Assembly: GCF_033153115.1 (NCBI RefSeq)
Contig: NW_026889803.1
Span: forward strand, 53,692,001 to 53,756,000
Direction of reading: 5' to 3'
From: Saccostrea echinata
Taxonomy: Eukaryota
Length of the DNA: 64,000 nucleotides
In this document: positions 13,239-27,200 of the stretch, in pieces
Numbering within the stretch: the stretch's first letter is position 1
How the letters are laid out: every line of letters starts with the position of its first letter
The notes under the pieces: model-generated
Seen by the model: the letters and a program-made list of their open reading frames with translations, nothing else
What the model was told of the DNA's origin: nothing
The model's database searches: none
Position numbers and translations under genes: made by a program

Positions 13239-13297
<59 letters not shown>
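13239..13297. repeat. Compound (CA)n(GA)n microsatellite
   Basis: Directly visible. Confidence 0.95.
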
Positions 13298-13899
13298 TGG
13301 AAATTGAATGCATGGCTAAAACTTTCTAAATTTTACAACTGAAACTAAACTCTTTAAAATAGAGAAAACAATTTTCAATCAACTTGCAGAAAAGTTTAAG
13401 GGACCAATGCAATTCTTTGAAATTTGATAATTTTTCAAAATCTACTAATTTAAATTCCATGTTTATGGCATTAATGAGCAAGCATATGCTCTTTTTTAAG
13501 GTAGTTTATTCACCTAGTTGTAAAAGGCTTCCATTATAAACAATACTAAACAGGTGAAATATTTTAAACCTATCAACAGTTATTACATTATTGGGCTTTT
13601 GTGCATAATGACATGGCTGTGACTTTAAAAATTCCCCCTTTTAATTAAAAATAAACGGCAAAGCAGGTTTCAGTTGCATAGGACCTTACACATATTCTAT
13701 CAGCTCTTATCTGGAAAAGAGACAAAAAAATCGTCTTCTGAAGAATATTGCAAGTTTCGTCAGCTTGATTTGTATAAAAAAAATTCGTGTACACCTATTT
13801 AAAGACCCTACTGCACAAAAGGGGTACAAAATTGTATCGTCTTGTCGAAGATCTGACATTATAGGATATCAAAGAAAGCGCAAGTTTAATTTAAATTGT

Positions 13900-14400
13900 T
13901 ACTAAGAGTTATATTTCATATTCTGTGCAGCTTCTGTCTTTGTCGAATATGTTTCTGCCATAAAGGTCTTAATTTTGATAATCTTCAAAAGAAATGTCAA
14001 TCCATAAGAGACAACACTGCCAAAGAAAATCAGAAAACCGCAAGATACACCGAGAAGTGTCTAAAAAGTGAATCTGATATCGAGAAACGCTTGATGAACC
14101 TTAGAAAAAGTTATTCTGATCTGGAGAAAAATAACGGGGAAAATGTGTCAAAAGTAGAAGAAACGAAGTGCAAATTAATGTGGCGAAATTACAGGGAAAA
14201 AAAACAAGAACAAGCATCAGCTCTTATACCTCTCTAAGAAATACTAAAATGGAATTTGAAAGCAGTTCAAAAACTCTTAGATGAAAACAAAAAAAGCTTA
14301 TTCAGAGAATGTGTGCCCCCCGCTTGATGAAAAAAGATGGTGGAAGAAATGGAAAAATTTTGCAAGATGAAGAAAGAAAAGAAGGTCAACCTTGACCTTT
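13900..14400 (+). pseudogene. Possible distant, decayed B-box/coiled-coil gene
   Basis: LCSFCLCRICFCHKGLNFDNLQKKC followed by a K/E-rich helical tract resembles a B-box end (C..C..HKGH) plus coiled coil; no proper start and broken frames. Confidence 0.4.
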
Positions 14401-16330
14401 TAGCTTTTGGCCTTAAAGTCCGCATAAATTTAAAATTTATATATTTAGATTTACGTCCTAATTTGCTTAAATGGGGAGGGTGGGTGGATTTTAAATTTCT
14501 TTTAATTTTATTACTGTAAACATCTACATAACGATCTTCTTATACAAAATTTTCACATTGTAATTATTCACCATGCATTCTCGTTGTGCTTTGTCTGAAA
14601 ATATCCTGGATTTCCACTGTCCTTACAACGTCCAATTTTTCGTTCTTGACACGTTCGATAACCTCAAAAGCTTCTTGTGATATTGTCTGGAAATCTTTGA
14701 TAATGAAAGAATTACATGCAAATTAATTTCTGGCATTTGGAAACCTTTGGTGTATCCTTAAGAAAAGACAGAGGCAAGGGCAAAATCAAATAAAATGTAA
14801 TATTATAAACAGAAAATTCAATGTTTTGTAGTTTGATATGGAATTAAATTCACTCGCGAGACAGGATTTTTTGCTATTTCCTCAAAGGCAATAGGAGTCT
14901 TCTTTCGACCATAGGGAGTTGTGGTATAAAATTTCATTATAAAATCTCAAAGTCTTCTCTAGATATCGCCCGGAAACGAACGTTTTACACACAGACAGAA
15001 ATACAGCTAGACGGACGGACAGACAGACCCTAATTAATATCCCCCACTTTCAGTGAAAGCGGGGGACAAAATCTTCTGACCCATAATGCCATTGAAAGGT
15101 CAATTAAATAAGAGAATTATACAAAAAAAAATTTTATAATCTAGAAAATGAGACAAAAAATACATTATCTTTGTATGTATTAAATGTTCTTCAAAAACCA
15201 ATAGAAGTTATTGTGAGAGAGAATGAGATGGGCTCAATAAAAATTAAGTTTGCATGGTGATAGTGACAAATATGGGCAAGTACAGGCAAGTATATCGATC
15301 TACATTAAGATTTGATACTGAGTACTAGACTTATTAATTCCTTGATCCCTGATCATCCTCTTTCTTATGGGCAACATAGCTTCATCTACCAGTTTCTGTT
15401 GTTTTAGTTAAATTTGTTGGATCATTTACAGTGTTGTATAGTTAAGGCCCTTGGGCCTCTTGTTATTATGACTAATTGTAGCCCAGCTTTTCTTAAAAAA
15501 TAATATTTTTCCTTCATATCATATATATTCACCTATTTATAAAACTTTGATGCTCTATTGTTGTCCAATCCTAGCAATGAAAATCACAATTTCTGCACTT
15601 CATGAAGTATATAAAATTATTGTAGACTTTCTGTCCTTTTACACAACTTTTCAAAGGTTTTAAGTATTCATTTCCTTATAAAACTTTGACCCCCTATCAT
15701 AGCCTCATCCTACACTCAGAGGTCATGATTAGATGAAATTTGAAAGCACATACTGCATGAGGATGGTTGCATGTTAATATGACTTTTTGTAGCCCTGTTC
15801 CTTGAGATTTCTGAAGATTTCCCCCCGTCTATTCCTATGTCAAATATTGACCCCCTAATGTGAATCCATGCTAGCTCCTGGGGGCCATGATTTGTCCAAA
15901 CCTTTCATATAAATGTTCATACATAAATATGCCTAATAATGGCCCTGTTGCTTTAGGGAAAAAAATTTGAAGACTTTATCCTACATATTCCTATGTCAAA
16001 TGTTGACCCCTATTCCCACAGGAACAAACCCCATGAGCCACGATTTGAACAAACTTGAATATACTCTACATGAGGATATGCCTATCTGTGGAAATTGGGG
16101 GGAAGGGACAAAAACCTAGCATTTTATTACTTTTGTTATTGAAAAAACAGGGCCAAAATTCGCTAAATTCTGGGTGCATGTCATGCTAGACAGGGAGTCA
16201 CTGAATGCACGTTAAATATAGTCCCAGGATCATGAAGCAGTCATCAGAATTTCAGTAACTCATAAATGAATATTAATTACAAATGGACACTTGAAATTTA
16301 CAATTGAAACAATTTTTATTAACATTTTAA

Positions 16331-17063
16331 AGAAGATGGGTGAACAAGGCATGCAGAATGCCTATAGCTTCAGATATTTAAAAAATCATTTTCAATTTGT
16401 AAATTAAGCATTTAAAGTTCTCATTATTGAAATTTATGAAATTATGATCAACAAAACTTTTCTGAGAAAAAAAGATCTTGGAAAAAATTATTCTTATATA
16501 AAAAATTAAAATGGTATTTGTGGGATTCGAACCCCTAACAATAAAAATCCGGAGTATCATATTGTTTTGAGACTAACACGCTAACCACTATGCTACACAG
16601 CCCCTGACGAATAGTGGCATTTAAATCATGTTTGTGATATGACCCTTGACTTAATGGACTTCAAGTCTTTCTCGGAAAGGTGCGAATGCATTGTCATAAA
16701 AGTGTAATTTTAAGGTAAAGTGGGTCTTTGCTCCATGTTTTTGTAAACCAAAAAATGTATATTTTTATGCAAACTTTTAGGATTAACTTTCAAAAAAATG
16801 GAGCGAAGACCCACTCATATCGAAAAATTTTGTTTAATTATGAAAAAATGATCCTTTTTGTCCTCTTTAGTGTGTGTATGCTATTTTGTAGGCAATTAAT
16901 TTCAGTCTTTGTGAGATTTTTGTAAATTGTAGAGATTTTACATAAAGTATACTTTAATGTTAGATGAAATATCTACGAAAATTTTGATATAATTGAGATT
17001 TTATTTTTCACTTCATGTTTGTCGCACTATACTCACTTCGCCCGCCTTGTTCACCCATCTTCT
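16331..17063. mobile_element. Non-autonomous TTAA-type (Kolobok-like) element with an internal tRNA-like segment
   Basis: ttaa|AGAAGATGGGTGAACAAGGC ... GCCTTGTTCACCCATCTTCT|ttat; 20-bp TIR with RR termini. Confidence 0.7.
16512..16603 (-). other. tRNA-derived sequence (Pol III A and B boxes), not a functional tRNA
   Basis: Minus strand GGGCTGTGTAGCATAGTGGTTAGCGTGTTAGTCTC...GGGGTTCGAATCCCAC; acceptor and anticodon stems do not pair well. Confidence 0.6.
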
Positions 17064-18273
17064 TTATTTATTTTTCATAATCAAACTTTTAGACATTGTA
17101 CTAACTCTGACGTAATTCTATAATTGCTTCTGACATGATCTTGGGCCATGATGAAATAATTCTCTGGAGGAAATTTAATCGTTGCATATAACAGGAAGTT
17201 GCTTAATACAGGTGGTTGCGAATCAGTGATGACAGGTTTGACCATATTTCTGATTATCTTTGTTAACAATGAATTCAGATTCTGAGTATGTCCACTTAAA
17301 TATTAGTTTGATTCTTCCCTAAAACAAGTATAAAAGAATTTATCAAATTTCACTGAAATCAATTCTGGCTTCTTGGGATACCTTGCAGAGAAAAACTTAG
17401 AAAACTGAATAAAACAGTCTCCATAATAAATGACCTCCATGTCAGAGGTCATTATACTGAAATCAATTCTATACAGGTGATCATTTTTTAATTAAACTTC
17501 CTTTTTTGAAAAACAACTACTCACAACCAGTGTATGTGAACTAAAAATTAAAATACACATACATGTAATTGCACCAGTCATGACAAAAATACAGAATACA
17601 GATAAAAAAAATTCTAGACATGTAGAACAGTTCCTTAGGTTTATCTAGCATACACAGATCAAAATCTTCAATATATACAGTTTCATGTACAACTGCATGT
17701 ACAAGAAGCATTTTTACATATAAACATAAAACATAATCAAATTTAAAATCATCATTTCACACAAATTTCTTCTTTTTATGCAAGATTATTCACAGTTAAT
17801 GCTGGTGTTTTCATGTTTCATCTTATATCAAAAAAGACACAAATTTCCTAAATGTAATCATTTATAAAAATTTCAAATGACCTATCTTCATTTCTATTAA
17901 AAATTCTGAATCTACATCATATATTGTATGTAGCTGTGTAGTTAATGTAAATTCAAAATCTATCAGTACATTGTAATTTTCTGTTGATTTTATATTCCAT
18001 TGTTAATATTGATATATATACTTTTTACTTCTCACTACCAGAACAGGAAATGTTTAGTCACTGCAGTAATCCATTCTGTGGTCCACAGGTACATGTGTAT
18101 CTTTCCAAAAAATGCTGTTAAAAAATAGGTCTTTGAACACAGTTTAATAAAGCTGTTGAAATGCAACTGAGGCTGGCCTTAATGATTCTCACACTGGAGT
18201 TTATCTTGAAAGGCCCTTCCTTTTTAGGTAGGTAAAGCAAATGTTAGCCAGAATTAAATGCCAAGGTTTCATT

Positions 18274-21200
18274 CTACAGTGGGCCATATCCAGCATTCAT
18301 CAGTGCATCCTCCTTTAAAAGATAAAGGAAAGAAAAATTAACAAACTTCAAAGAAATATGGAGTTATGTTTTATACATCACAAGAAATTTCTAGATTTTT
18401 TTAAAATATAAAAATGACAAGTAGCTTTAGCAAAAACTATTACTTTAGATATTAATCTAGTCTTCAAAACTTTTTTTAACAAACAGAAAATTTCTTTCCA
18501 AGATATTTGTGTAAAATTGCCACTGGAAATATTCTCAAGTGCAAAGACCCCATTTGTGTGATAAAAGTGATTATGGATTAGGGCATAAATTGTTAATGTG
18601 AAAGATAGAAACTTTAAATGTACATAATGCAAGTGTACATTTATTTCAAATTGTACTCTAGCATGTTTACATGGCAATTATAATTACAGTAAAACTTACA
18701 AGGCATTCAGTTTTAAACAATTCTTGGTTATGAGGAATAATTTGAAATTTTACTGTCATTCTTTTAATAAATCATTGAGAGTATTACTTGAAAATTAAAG
18801 AAATACAAATTCCATTAATTTTATTGTGAATATTTTGCTACATCTGTAAAATCTCTTACTAAATACTGTTAAACTATTTTATCTACTATATATGTACAGT
18901 TACATGTATATCTCAGCTCTCAAATACATTGTACAACCTTAACATGGGAAACTTTCTTACACGTATCCACATAGAAACACATGTACTTCTTTATACAAAT
19001 ATATGGTATTAAATAAATGGTCCCCAAGATATTCCTTATACTTCAATTTTACAGTGTTGGTTAAAGTGGAAATGAAAGTGTTTTATGGAAGTAAGTTAGA
19101 CAATATCCACAGATTCTTAAAGTTAACAACACCAGAAGTTTCCACATTTAAAGTACAGACAGTGGTAAATGTGCATATCTAATAATGAAAGCAATGAAAT
19201 TAATGAATTGTCTGATTTTTTCACAGTCAGTGAAAAAAACATTTCAAAAAAAACATAAAGCATTGATCAGGATTCAGAGCTTAATAAAATGACCAATTCT
19301 TTTTTACCTATCATATTCTTTATTAACAGAGAACATTTTGTTTTTAATATGAAAGAAGGGTGCATATACAACATCACATTGATTCATACCAGAGAAAAAT
19401 TAAAATGAGTTGACCTAAAATAAATAAATATCGATTACAAAACATGTCATTGGATACAAGATAATTTTCCTTAAACATCAGCCAAAGAACAGACATTAAA
19501 TTATCTATTTTTAAAGCAATTGGCGTCTATCCCATATCTAAAACGTTGGTTTTTTCAATATAGATTCCAGTCAAAATTTAAACTAAAGGTACTGAGAGCA
19601 CTAAGCCTATATAATAATATCCCCTGCTCCCATAAAAGTATAATGGCAAAGTCCATGTTTTTCAAAATATCAGTATGATCAAAACATAAAATAGGAGATG
19701 CTCAATAGTACTATGTAATTAAGATTCTGGAAAAGTCTCATTGAATCTTATTCAGTGGTATAGGAAGAGTTGCGAATAAGAGATGGGTACCCCCAAGTGT
19801 AAAAGATGAATTGATGGACACCTCCATCACTATATACCCCAACTTTTCAATTGCGGGATATAAAATCATTGAAATAAGACATTATGGGTTAAATATCATT
19901 CTGATCTGTTGGATGTTTGGCAATAGCAATTTCATATGCAAAATCAAAAATATGTTTAAGGGAAAGAAAATCTACTCAAAATTTGCATTTCCCCCTCAAA
20001 TTAGGTACAAATACAAACCACAAGATTGTAGAAGGTTTTTGTGATGAGATCATCAAAGAATTTCTGTTCTGTGGCATACACTGAACTGTTGGTCCCAAGT
20101 TTCTTGTACTTTTGCTCTAAGTTATCCACCACAAAGTTTGATATTTTCTTGGCATTCTTTGGTGGTGCTTTTCTTCCTTGTAGGTAAGTGGACTGAGTTC
20201 CTGCTGCCTCCAACAGGTACTTAAACGTCTGTAAATTACACAAAACAGGTAAACTTACATGTGCTTAAACATCTGTACAAATTAAAATAGGTCAACTTAC
20301 ATGTACATGTATGGACACCAACATTTTACAAATTTGTTAGTCCCTAAATCAAATAATTAAACATTTTTTTTGCAAAACCATCCAACCCCTATATGTACAT
20401 GTACAAAGTTTATTTGAAAATCTTCATATACAATGTTGCCATGTCTACAGAATCAACATACATTGAACATTAATCACATACAGCATATCTTTCAATTCAA
20501 AGTTTTTTACTCAACAGATACTTACAGGGTTAACAGGTAATTCATCTTGTTCAAAATGTCCATCCCACAGTGATACGGTCAAGCTAGCATTGGGCTGTAG
20601 AAAGGATGTACTCAATATTAATTCTTAGATCAAATTTCACTGCACAAAAATGGTTTTAATCTGTCCAAACACAACTATATATTACATGTACATGTATAAT
20701 AATATTAAAAGGGTTGAGTGTACCGTATATACTCGCCTATAAGTCGGTCCGCCTATAAGTCGGTTGTATTTTTAAAGCTTAAATTGAAGGGATTGACCCA
20801 CTAAAATACCAGTCTTTTTATAACTCGCGTATAAGTTGGGTAATGAGTTTTGGATCAAAGTTTAACTCCCAAAAAACCGACTTATAACCTAAGTAATTCT
20901 AGGGTGATAAGCAATCTTTAGTGGGTTAGAGACTGTAATACTTTATTTACTCTGAATTATCATTCTGACATAGTTTGTGAAGGATTAATAAATCAATATT
21001 GTTTTGTAGGCTTTCAAAGTTGTTCAGATTATCCATTAATTATATTTAATCAAAGTCTTTTGCAAATAACTTCTGACAAGAAATACATTAAATTAATGTG
21101 AATTTATTAAGGGCTATTCCAGAAAAAATTGTGGGGGGGGGGGGGGGGTTGGAAGGCACTTTTATTTTTACCCCACCACCCATACATTTTTACCGGTAAT

Positions 21201-24200
21201 TACCTTCTACCCCACCCCCCATCAATTTAAAATTGCTTTTGATACAACCACCCATCTAAATTTAAAAAAAAAATTGTGTCACATATATATATATATATTG
21301 TGTGACATATATATAGTTGTTCAGATTATCCATTAATTATATTTAATCAAAGTCTTTTGCAAATAACTTCTGACAAGAAATACATTAAATTAATGTGAAT
21401 TTATTAAGGGCTATTCCAGAAAAAATTGTAGGGGGGGGGGGGGGGTTGGGGGTTGGAAGGCACTTTTATTTTTACCCCACCACCCATACATTTTTACCGG
21501 TAATTACCTTCTACCCCACCCCCCATCAATTTAAAATTGCTTTTGATACAACCACCCATCTAAAAAAAAAAAAAAATTGTGTCACATATATATATGCAAT
21601 AAAATTTTATGTACTTTTTTCAGGTATTGTAATTTATCTGACTTCGAATGAGTGTTGGGTTTTGACATCTATCCAACAATGGCCCGTTTTACAAAAGAAC
21701 TTAACTAAGATCAAAATGTTATTATGCAAAAATAAATTTCTTTTTTGCATTAATTACTTTAAAAATGTTTTAAATCTTTTTGAAAAAAAAATAAGATAGT
21801 TTTATGCCAACAATTTTTAACAGAAACATAAGTTTTGTAAGATTTTATGAACAACTAAAGTTTTTAGTCTTAGTAATAAGTTTTTTTGTAAAACAGTTCC
21901 CCGTGTTCCTGCTACAGCTTAAAAAAATATGTTCCTTTAGGCCTATGATACACACCACTGAAAGCCTTTATTATAGTGATTTGTATATCTGTTCTGATGC
22001 AAAACTTTGTAGTCTGTAAAGCTTAGGTTTAAGCTTTTACAAAAATGTATACACATGTACTAGTAGAAATGACATTCCTACAATTAATTGAAATTAATAT
22101 TGTAAATTATAGCCTAGCTATCCTTAACAATTGTTGTTCACCTTGTTCATAACAAAATGATTCCTGCTTTTTTTTTTTAGGGGGGGGGGGGGGGGGTACT
22201 AAACTACTAAAAGCAGTGTCTGTGAAGTGAAAACTTTGATTAAAAAAATATATTTAATGAATTCTAAATCCCATCTAACAACTTAGATCATTGGTGCATA
22301 CAAGTTTGACAAGTTAACACTTCACAGGTTAAGGACTGGCATGTTTTTGTCATAATATATTTCATATTGTTTTCAAACTCATATCTCATCTTCCTTTTAC
22401 TCTGTATGTGGTGTAAAGTAAAATATTTGACTTGCAAACTCCGTAGTCATGCTCTAAAACGTTCATTATCAGAAACAGTTTTTTTTTTACTTTTGGTTTA
22501 AAATAAAACGATCTTTCTGATTGTTTCTAATATCATTTAATTTACCAATGTAATTATGTTTGATTAAACTGGCAAAAAGAAACTGCACAACTAATCCGTT
22601 TTCCAATCCCCCACTGTCATTGCAGTCACAGTTGCACATGCTTTTATAGTTATCTGCCCTTGTTTCCGTTTTGTTCGATTCTACTTTCACTTTCAATGTA
22701 AACGCACTTTACAACTGTTTAGGACGAAAATATCAGTATTTACTGATTTATACAAAATGAGAGGAAAGAAGTACTTTGCACTTGATTATTTGTGAGGGTA
22801 AATACAACCACCCATCTAAAAATATATCGAGTGAGGACAACCACCCATACAAATTTAATTGCTCCAGACCCACTACCCATACAAAAATATATGAAGTGCC
22901 GTCCAACCCTCCCGTACATTTTTTCCTGGAATAGCCCTAAGTGTTTAAAAAGTTGTTGAAACACTTTAAACTTTTCTTTATTTAAGGAGCTAAACTGTTC
23001 AATAGCTGAATTATTACCATTTTCTGGTTTTTCTCCCACTTCCATGATTGAATCACATTTTTGGCATTCCTTTGAGTGAATTCCTGTACAATCCCAACTG
23101 GGGGTTTTCCTTTGAACAGGGGAACTTCATGTGTTCCTGATGCTACACAGTTTCTGAAAAATTTATCATCAAAATAAAACATGGAGATTTTAAAAATAAA
23201 AATATTTTTTCACATTAAACAAAACAATTTCCAAGGTGCCAACATGTTACAATTAAGAAGCCAAGTAATACAAGTGACTTGTGCTCCTATTCCTACATGT
23301 GTATGATACAGTGTACATACATTTAACATGTAAATTCAGTAAGTATTATTTCCTCACCCTTCAAACATGGGCACTACAGCCCAGGCCAGGATCTGTTCAT
23401 CCCCCAGAACCAGGTCCCCATTCTTTATGGAGTGGACCGTTCCTGGTTCCTCATGTTCTGGTTTCATACGGTATATCAGGTCCAAACCAAACAACTGAAT
23501 AATCAGGCAGGAGTAATTGTCATAGAAAGGGTGTAACAACTGAAAATAAAGACTACCGCATGAATCAAACTGGCAAAGACACAAGCTCATATATTTATAC
23601 CTCAATTCTAATCCACAGGTGTATCACTTTGAAAGAAAAAGGTTTCTGGCAAACACTGCAGTCAGATAATTTTCAGTCATTTCAAATATGAGAGATATAA
23701 ATCTAAATCATCCAATTACCATTCCAATTAGAACCCTTTGTACATTTTACTTTGTACATTTTTCTAAAAATATTGTAGTCAAAATACATAAAAGCAGAGA
23801 GTAGATATTTATACTTATTTAATTGGCAAAAATAATCATTAATCCAAAAGACAATGTTTTTTCCACACATACAAATTTCACTTAAAATTTCGTAGTATCA
23901 ATACTTTAAACTTAAAAATTAAAATCTTACTTTGTGGTCATCAAGAAATCTAGGAGCAGTTTGGAAGCTGTCATAGTCATGCTTCAGAGTAACAAACTTT
24001 TCTTCTTTTCCATAGCCCTCTGGTGTTTCCTCCATATCTAGCACCTTCTCTCCAGGGGAGACCCGAGCAAAGCAATGGACATAGTAGCCATCTACGGATA
24101 CATGATAAGGTGTGGCAGATCAAAATAAAGAATCTTACACCATAAATAAATCATCTCATTATGACAGATCCAAACTAACTTTATGTGCAAGTGTAATAAT

Positions 24201-27200
24201 CTTTTAGAAGTTTTCTTTAGTTCTGAATTATCAGGTCTACATTTTCTATTGGTTTGAGATAATTACCTGGTAGTCCATATGCCTGGTCGACTCTAGCATT
24301 GAGTCCCATTTTGACCCTGTACCTGACAGACTGAGCAAGAGGAAGATTGTCAGCCACAGCTTTAGCTCCTTGTTTTTTAACATCCAGCTGATCTTGAAGC
24401 CATTGTAGTAAGGCATCATCTTCTTCATCTGTTGATAAACCAGCAAATGAATGTTTACTGCTTCATGCAAAGTGCTATATTTTTTTTTTTGTTTTGGGGG
24501 GGGGGGGGGGGGGGGGGGAGGGGGTCATCAGATTTAAGTACTCCTACATTATATTAGGTACTACAGAAATTGAAATATAATCAAGCAAATTATAACAAGA
24601 AGTCTGTGAGCCAATGCTCACTAATAATAACCCCGCTCTGATGTGAATACACAAGTTCGGTTATGGACAAACACAGTGATAATCAGGAAATTGACATCGG
24701 ATTTGTAAAAACTGAATCCCAACATATGGCATGCCTAAACAAAGATTGTGCTAAAATTTCAAGCATCTGCAATGAGTAGTTGCTGAGAAAACTATGACCA
24801 AAATTTGCTAAGTATGATACGGACAGATGCACGGATAAACAGGAAGTTGACATCGGATTTGTTCCAAAAATGAATCCCATTATATGGCATGCCTAAACAA
24901 AGATTGTGCTAAAATTTCAAGCATCTGCAATGAGTAGTTGCTGAGAAAACTATGACCAAAATTTGTTATGTATGATACAGACAGACGCACTGATAAACAG
25001 GAAGTTGACATTGGATTAGTACAAAAATGAATCCCACCATATGGCATGCCTAAACAAAGATTGTGCTAAAATTTCAAGCATCTGCAATGAGTAGTTGCTG
25101 AGAAAACCACGACCAAAATTTTTTATGTATGGTACGGACAGACGCATGGATAAACGGGAAGTTGACATCGGATTCGTATAAAAATGAATCCCACCATATG
25201 GCATGCCTAAACAAAGATTGTGCCAAAATTTCAAGCATCTGCAATGAGTAGTTGCTGAGAAAACCGCGACCAAAATTTTTTATGTATGGTACGGACAGAC
25301 GCACGGATAAACAGGAAGTTGACATCGGATTCGTACAAAAATGAATCCCACCATATGGCATGCCTAAACAAAGATTGTGCTAAAATTTCAAGCATCTGCA
25401 ATGAGTAGTTCCTGAGAAAACTGCGACCAAAATTTGTTACGGACAGACAGACAGACGGACAGACGGACGGACAGACAGCTTGACAGACAGACAGACAGAC
25501 ACACAAGGGTAAAACAGTATACCCCCCTCTCCTTCGGAGCGGGGGTATAATAATATTTGGAGATTAAAATCTTAGAGATGCATGTATATGTTTTGCATAA
25601 TATATGTATGTCTGTATTCACCATTTAAATATATAATTACTTCACTACAGGACTGTCTGTATCACTGACACACTTTAACTGGGACTGAATCACTGAACAC
25701 TTTTACTGGGATTGAATCACTGACACACTTTAATGGGACTGAATCAATGACCCACTTTAACTGGGACTGAATCACTGACACACTTTAACTGGGACTGAAT
25801 CACTGACACACTTTAACTGGGACTGAATCACTGACACACTTTAACTGGGACTGAATTACTGACACACTTTCACTGGGACTATATCACTGACAAACTTTCA
25901 CTGGGACTGAATCACTGACACACTTTAACTGGGACTGAATCTCTGACACACTTTAACTGGGACTGAATCACTGACAAACTTTCACTTGGACTGAATCACT
26001 GACACACTTTAACTGGGACTGAATCACTGACACACTTTTACTGAGACTGAATCACTGACAAACTTTCACTGGGACTGAATCACTGACACACTTTTACTGG
26101 GACTGAATCACTGACAAACTTTTACTGGGACTGTATCATTGACACACTTTTTTAATTTCCCCCTACTTCCTCTGAACAGCAAGCTTACCGACTGCCACCT
26201 CATTAGACTGTTGTATTCTCTGTATCATCTCCCTCACTGATTTGGGATAGTTATGATGTTCCTTGTAGCTGCTGAATATCCTCTGTTCTGATACTGTGGG
26301 GCGGGCTGGCTCTGAGAAGTAATAACCAGAGGAATACGGCGGCATAGGGACAGCTCCCTATAAAATAACACACTCAATAGAAATAAAAGTACATGATGTT
26401 AGAGACAAAATACTTGTTGAATACAAGAGTACATTTTTTATTCTGAATATATCAGTATACCCTTTTCCTTGGAAATACATGTACATGTACAATGTAATAA
26501 TTTATTATGAAATGCAGGAACATGTAATCTTACAGAACTATTCACTAATTACACAGCAGTTACACTTATCTCCCCCCTTTCAGTGGTGGTTCACTGCAAT
26601 GTGTGATAAATACCTGTTGTGCCGGCAGAAGTCTGATGAGGATGGAGCAGGCTGGGACAGCAGGAAAGCTATCAAGGTCGGTAACCAGATTCTTAGTCTT
26701 TGTGGGAGGGATTCCATTCCTCAATCTCAGCTGTGTACCACCTACATTTAATTTGCCATCCTAAAATACACATGCATACTGATGATTCTTAAATGTTGCT
26801 CAGTTTTGCAGGCATTACATATGTACTCAGAAAAACAATCCCCTGAGCAGTAAATACAAATGTTGTTGATACAAGTACCTTGAACACTGGAACAAAACAG
26901 CTGCCTATGACAGAGATTTTGTCAGTCAGCACATCTTCCGTGTAAACCCTCAGAAAGATGACCATGTCAGGATCCATCTTCTTCTTCTGCTCATTAACGG
27001 TCAGTTTAAGTTCAAACAAAGGAGACCTGGCTGGACTTTCCAGGAGTGGCAGGGCCAGGAGAAGTTTAGCATCATTAGCAGTTTTAATCAACCCTGTCAC
27101 CTGTAGGAAGGAACAGAATAAAATCTCATAAACATGTAGAAATAAAGTTGACACTCTATATGTAAAGTGCAAGTACCTTCTGTTGTAAAATCATGGGTTG

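Noticed and set aside
16512-16603. tRNA gene
   Set aside because: A and B boxes present, but the cloverleaf stems are broken and it lies inside a TIR element
21018-21600. Biologically meaningful 297-bp duplication
   Set aside because: Copies differ only in homopolymer lengths and join at a (TA)n tract; likely a haplotype or assembly artefact, or trivial slippage
24683-25624. Several overlapping minus-strand ORFs
   Set aside because: Products of the 157-bp satellite within a HINE in an intron
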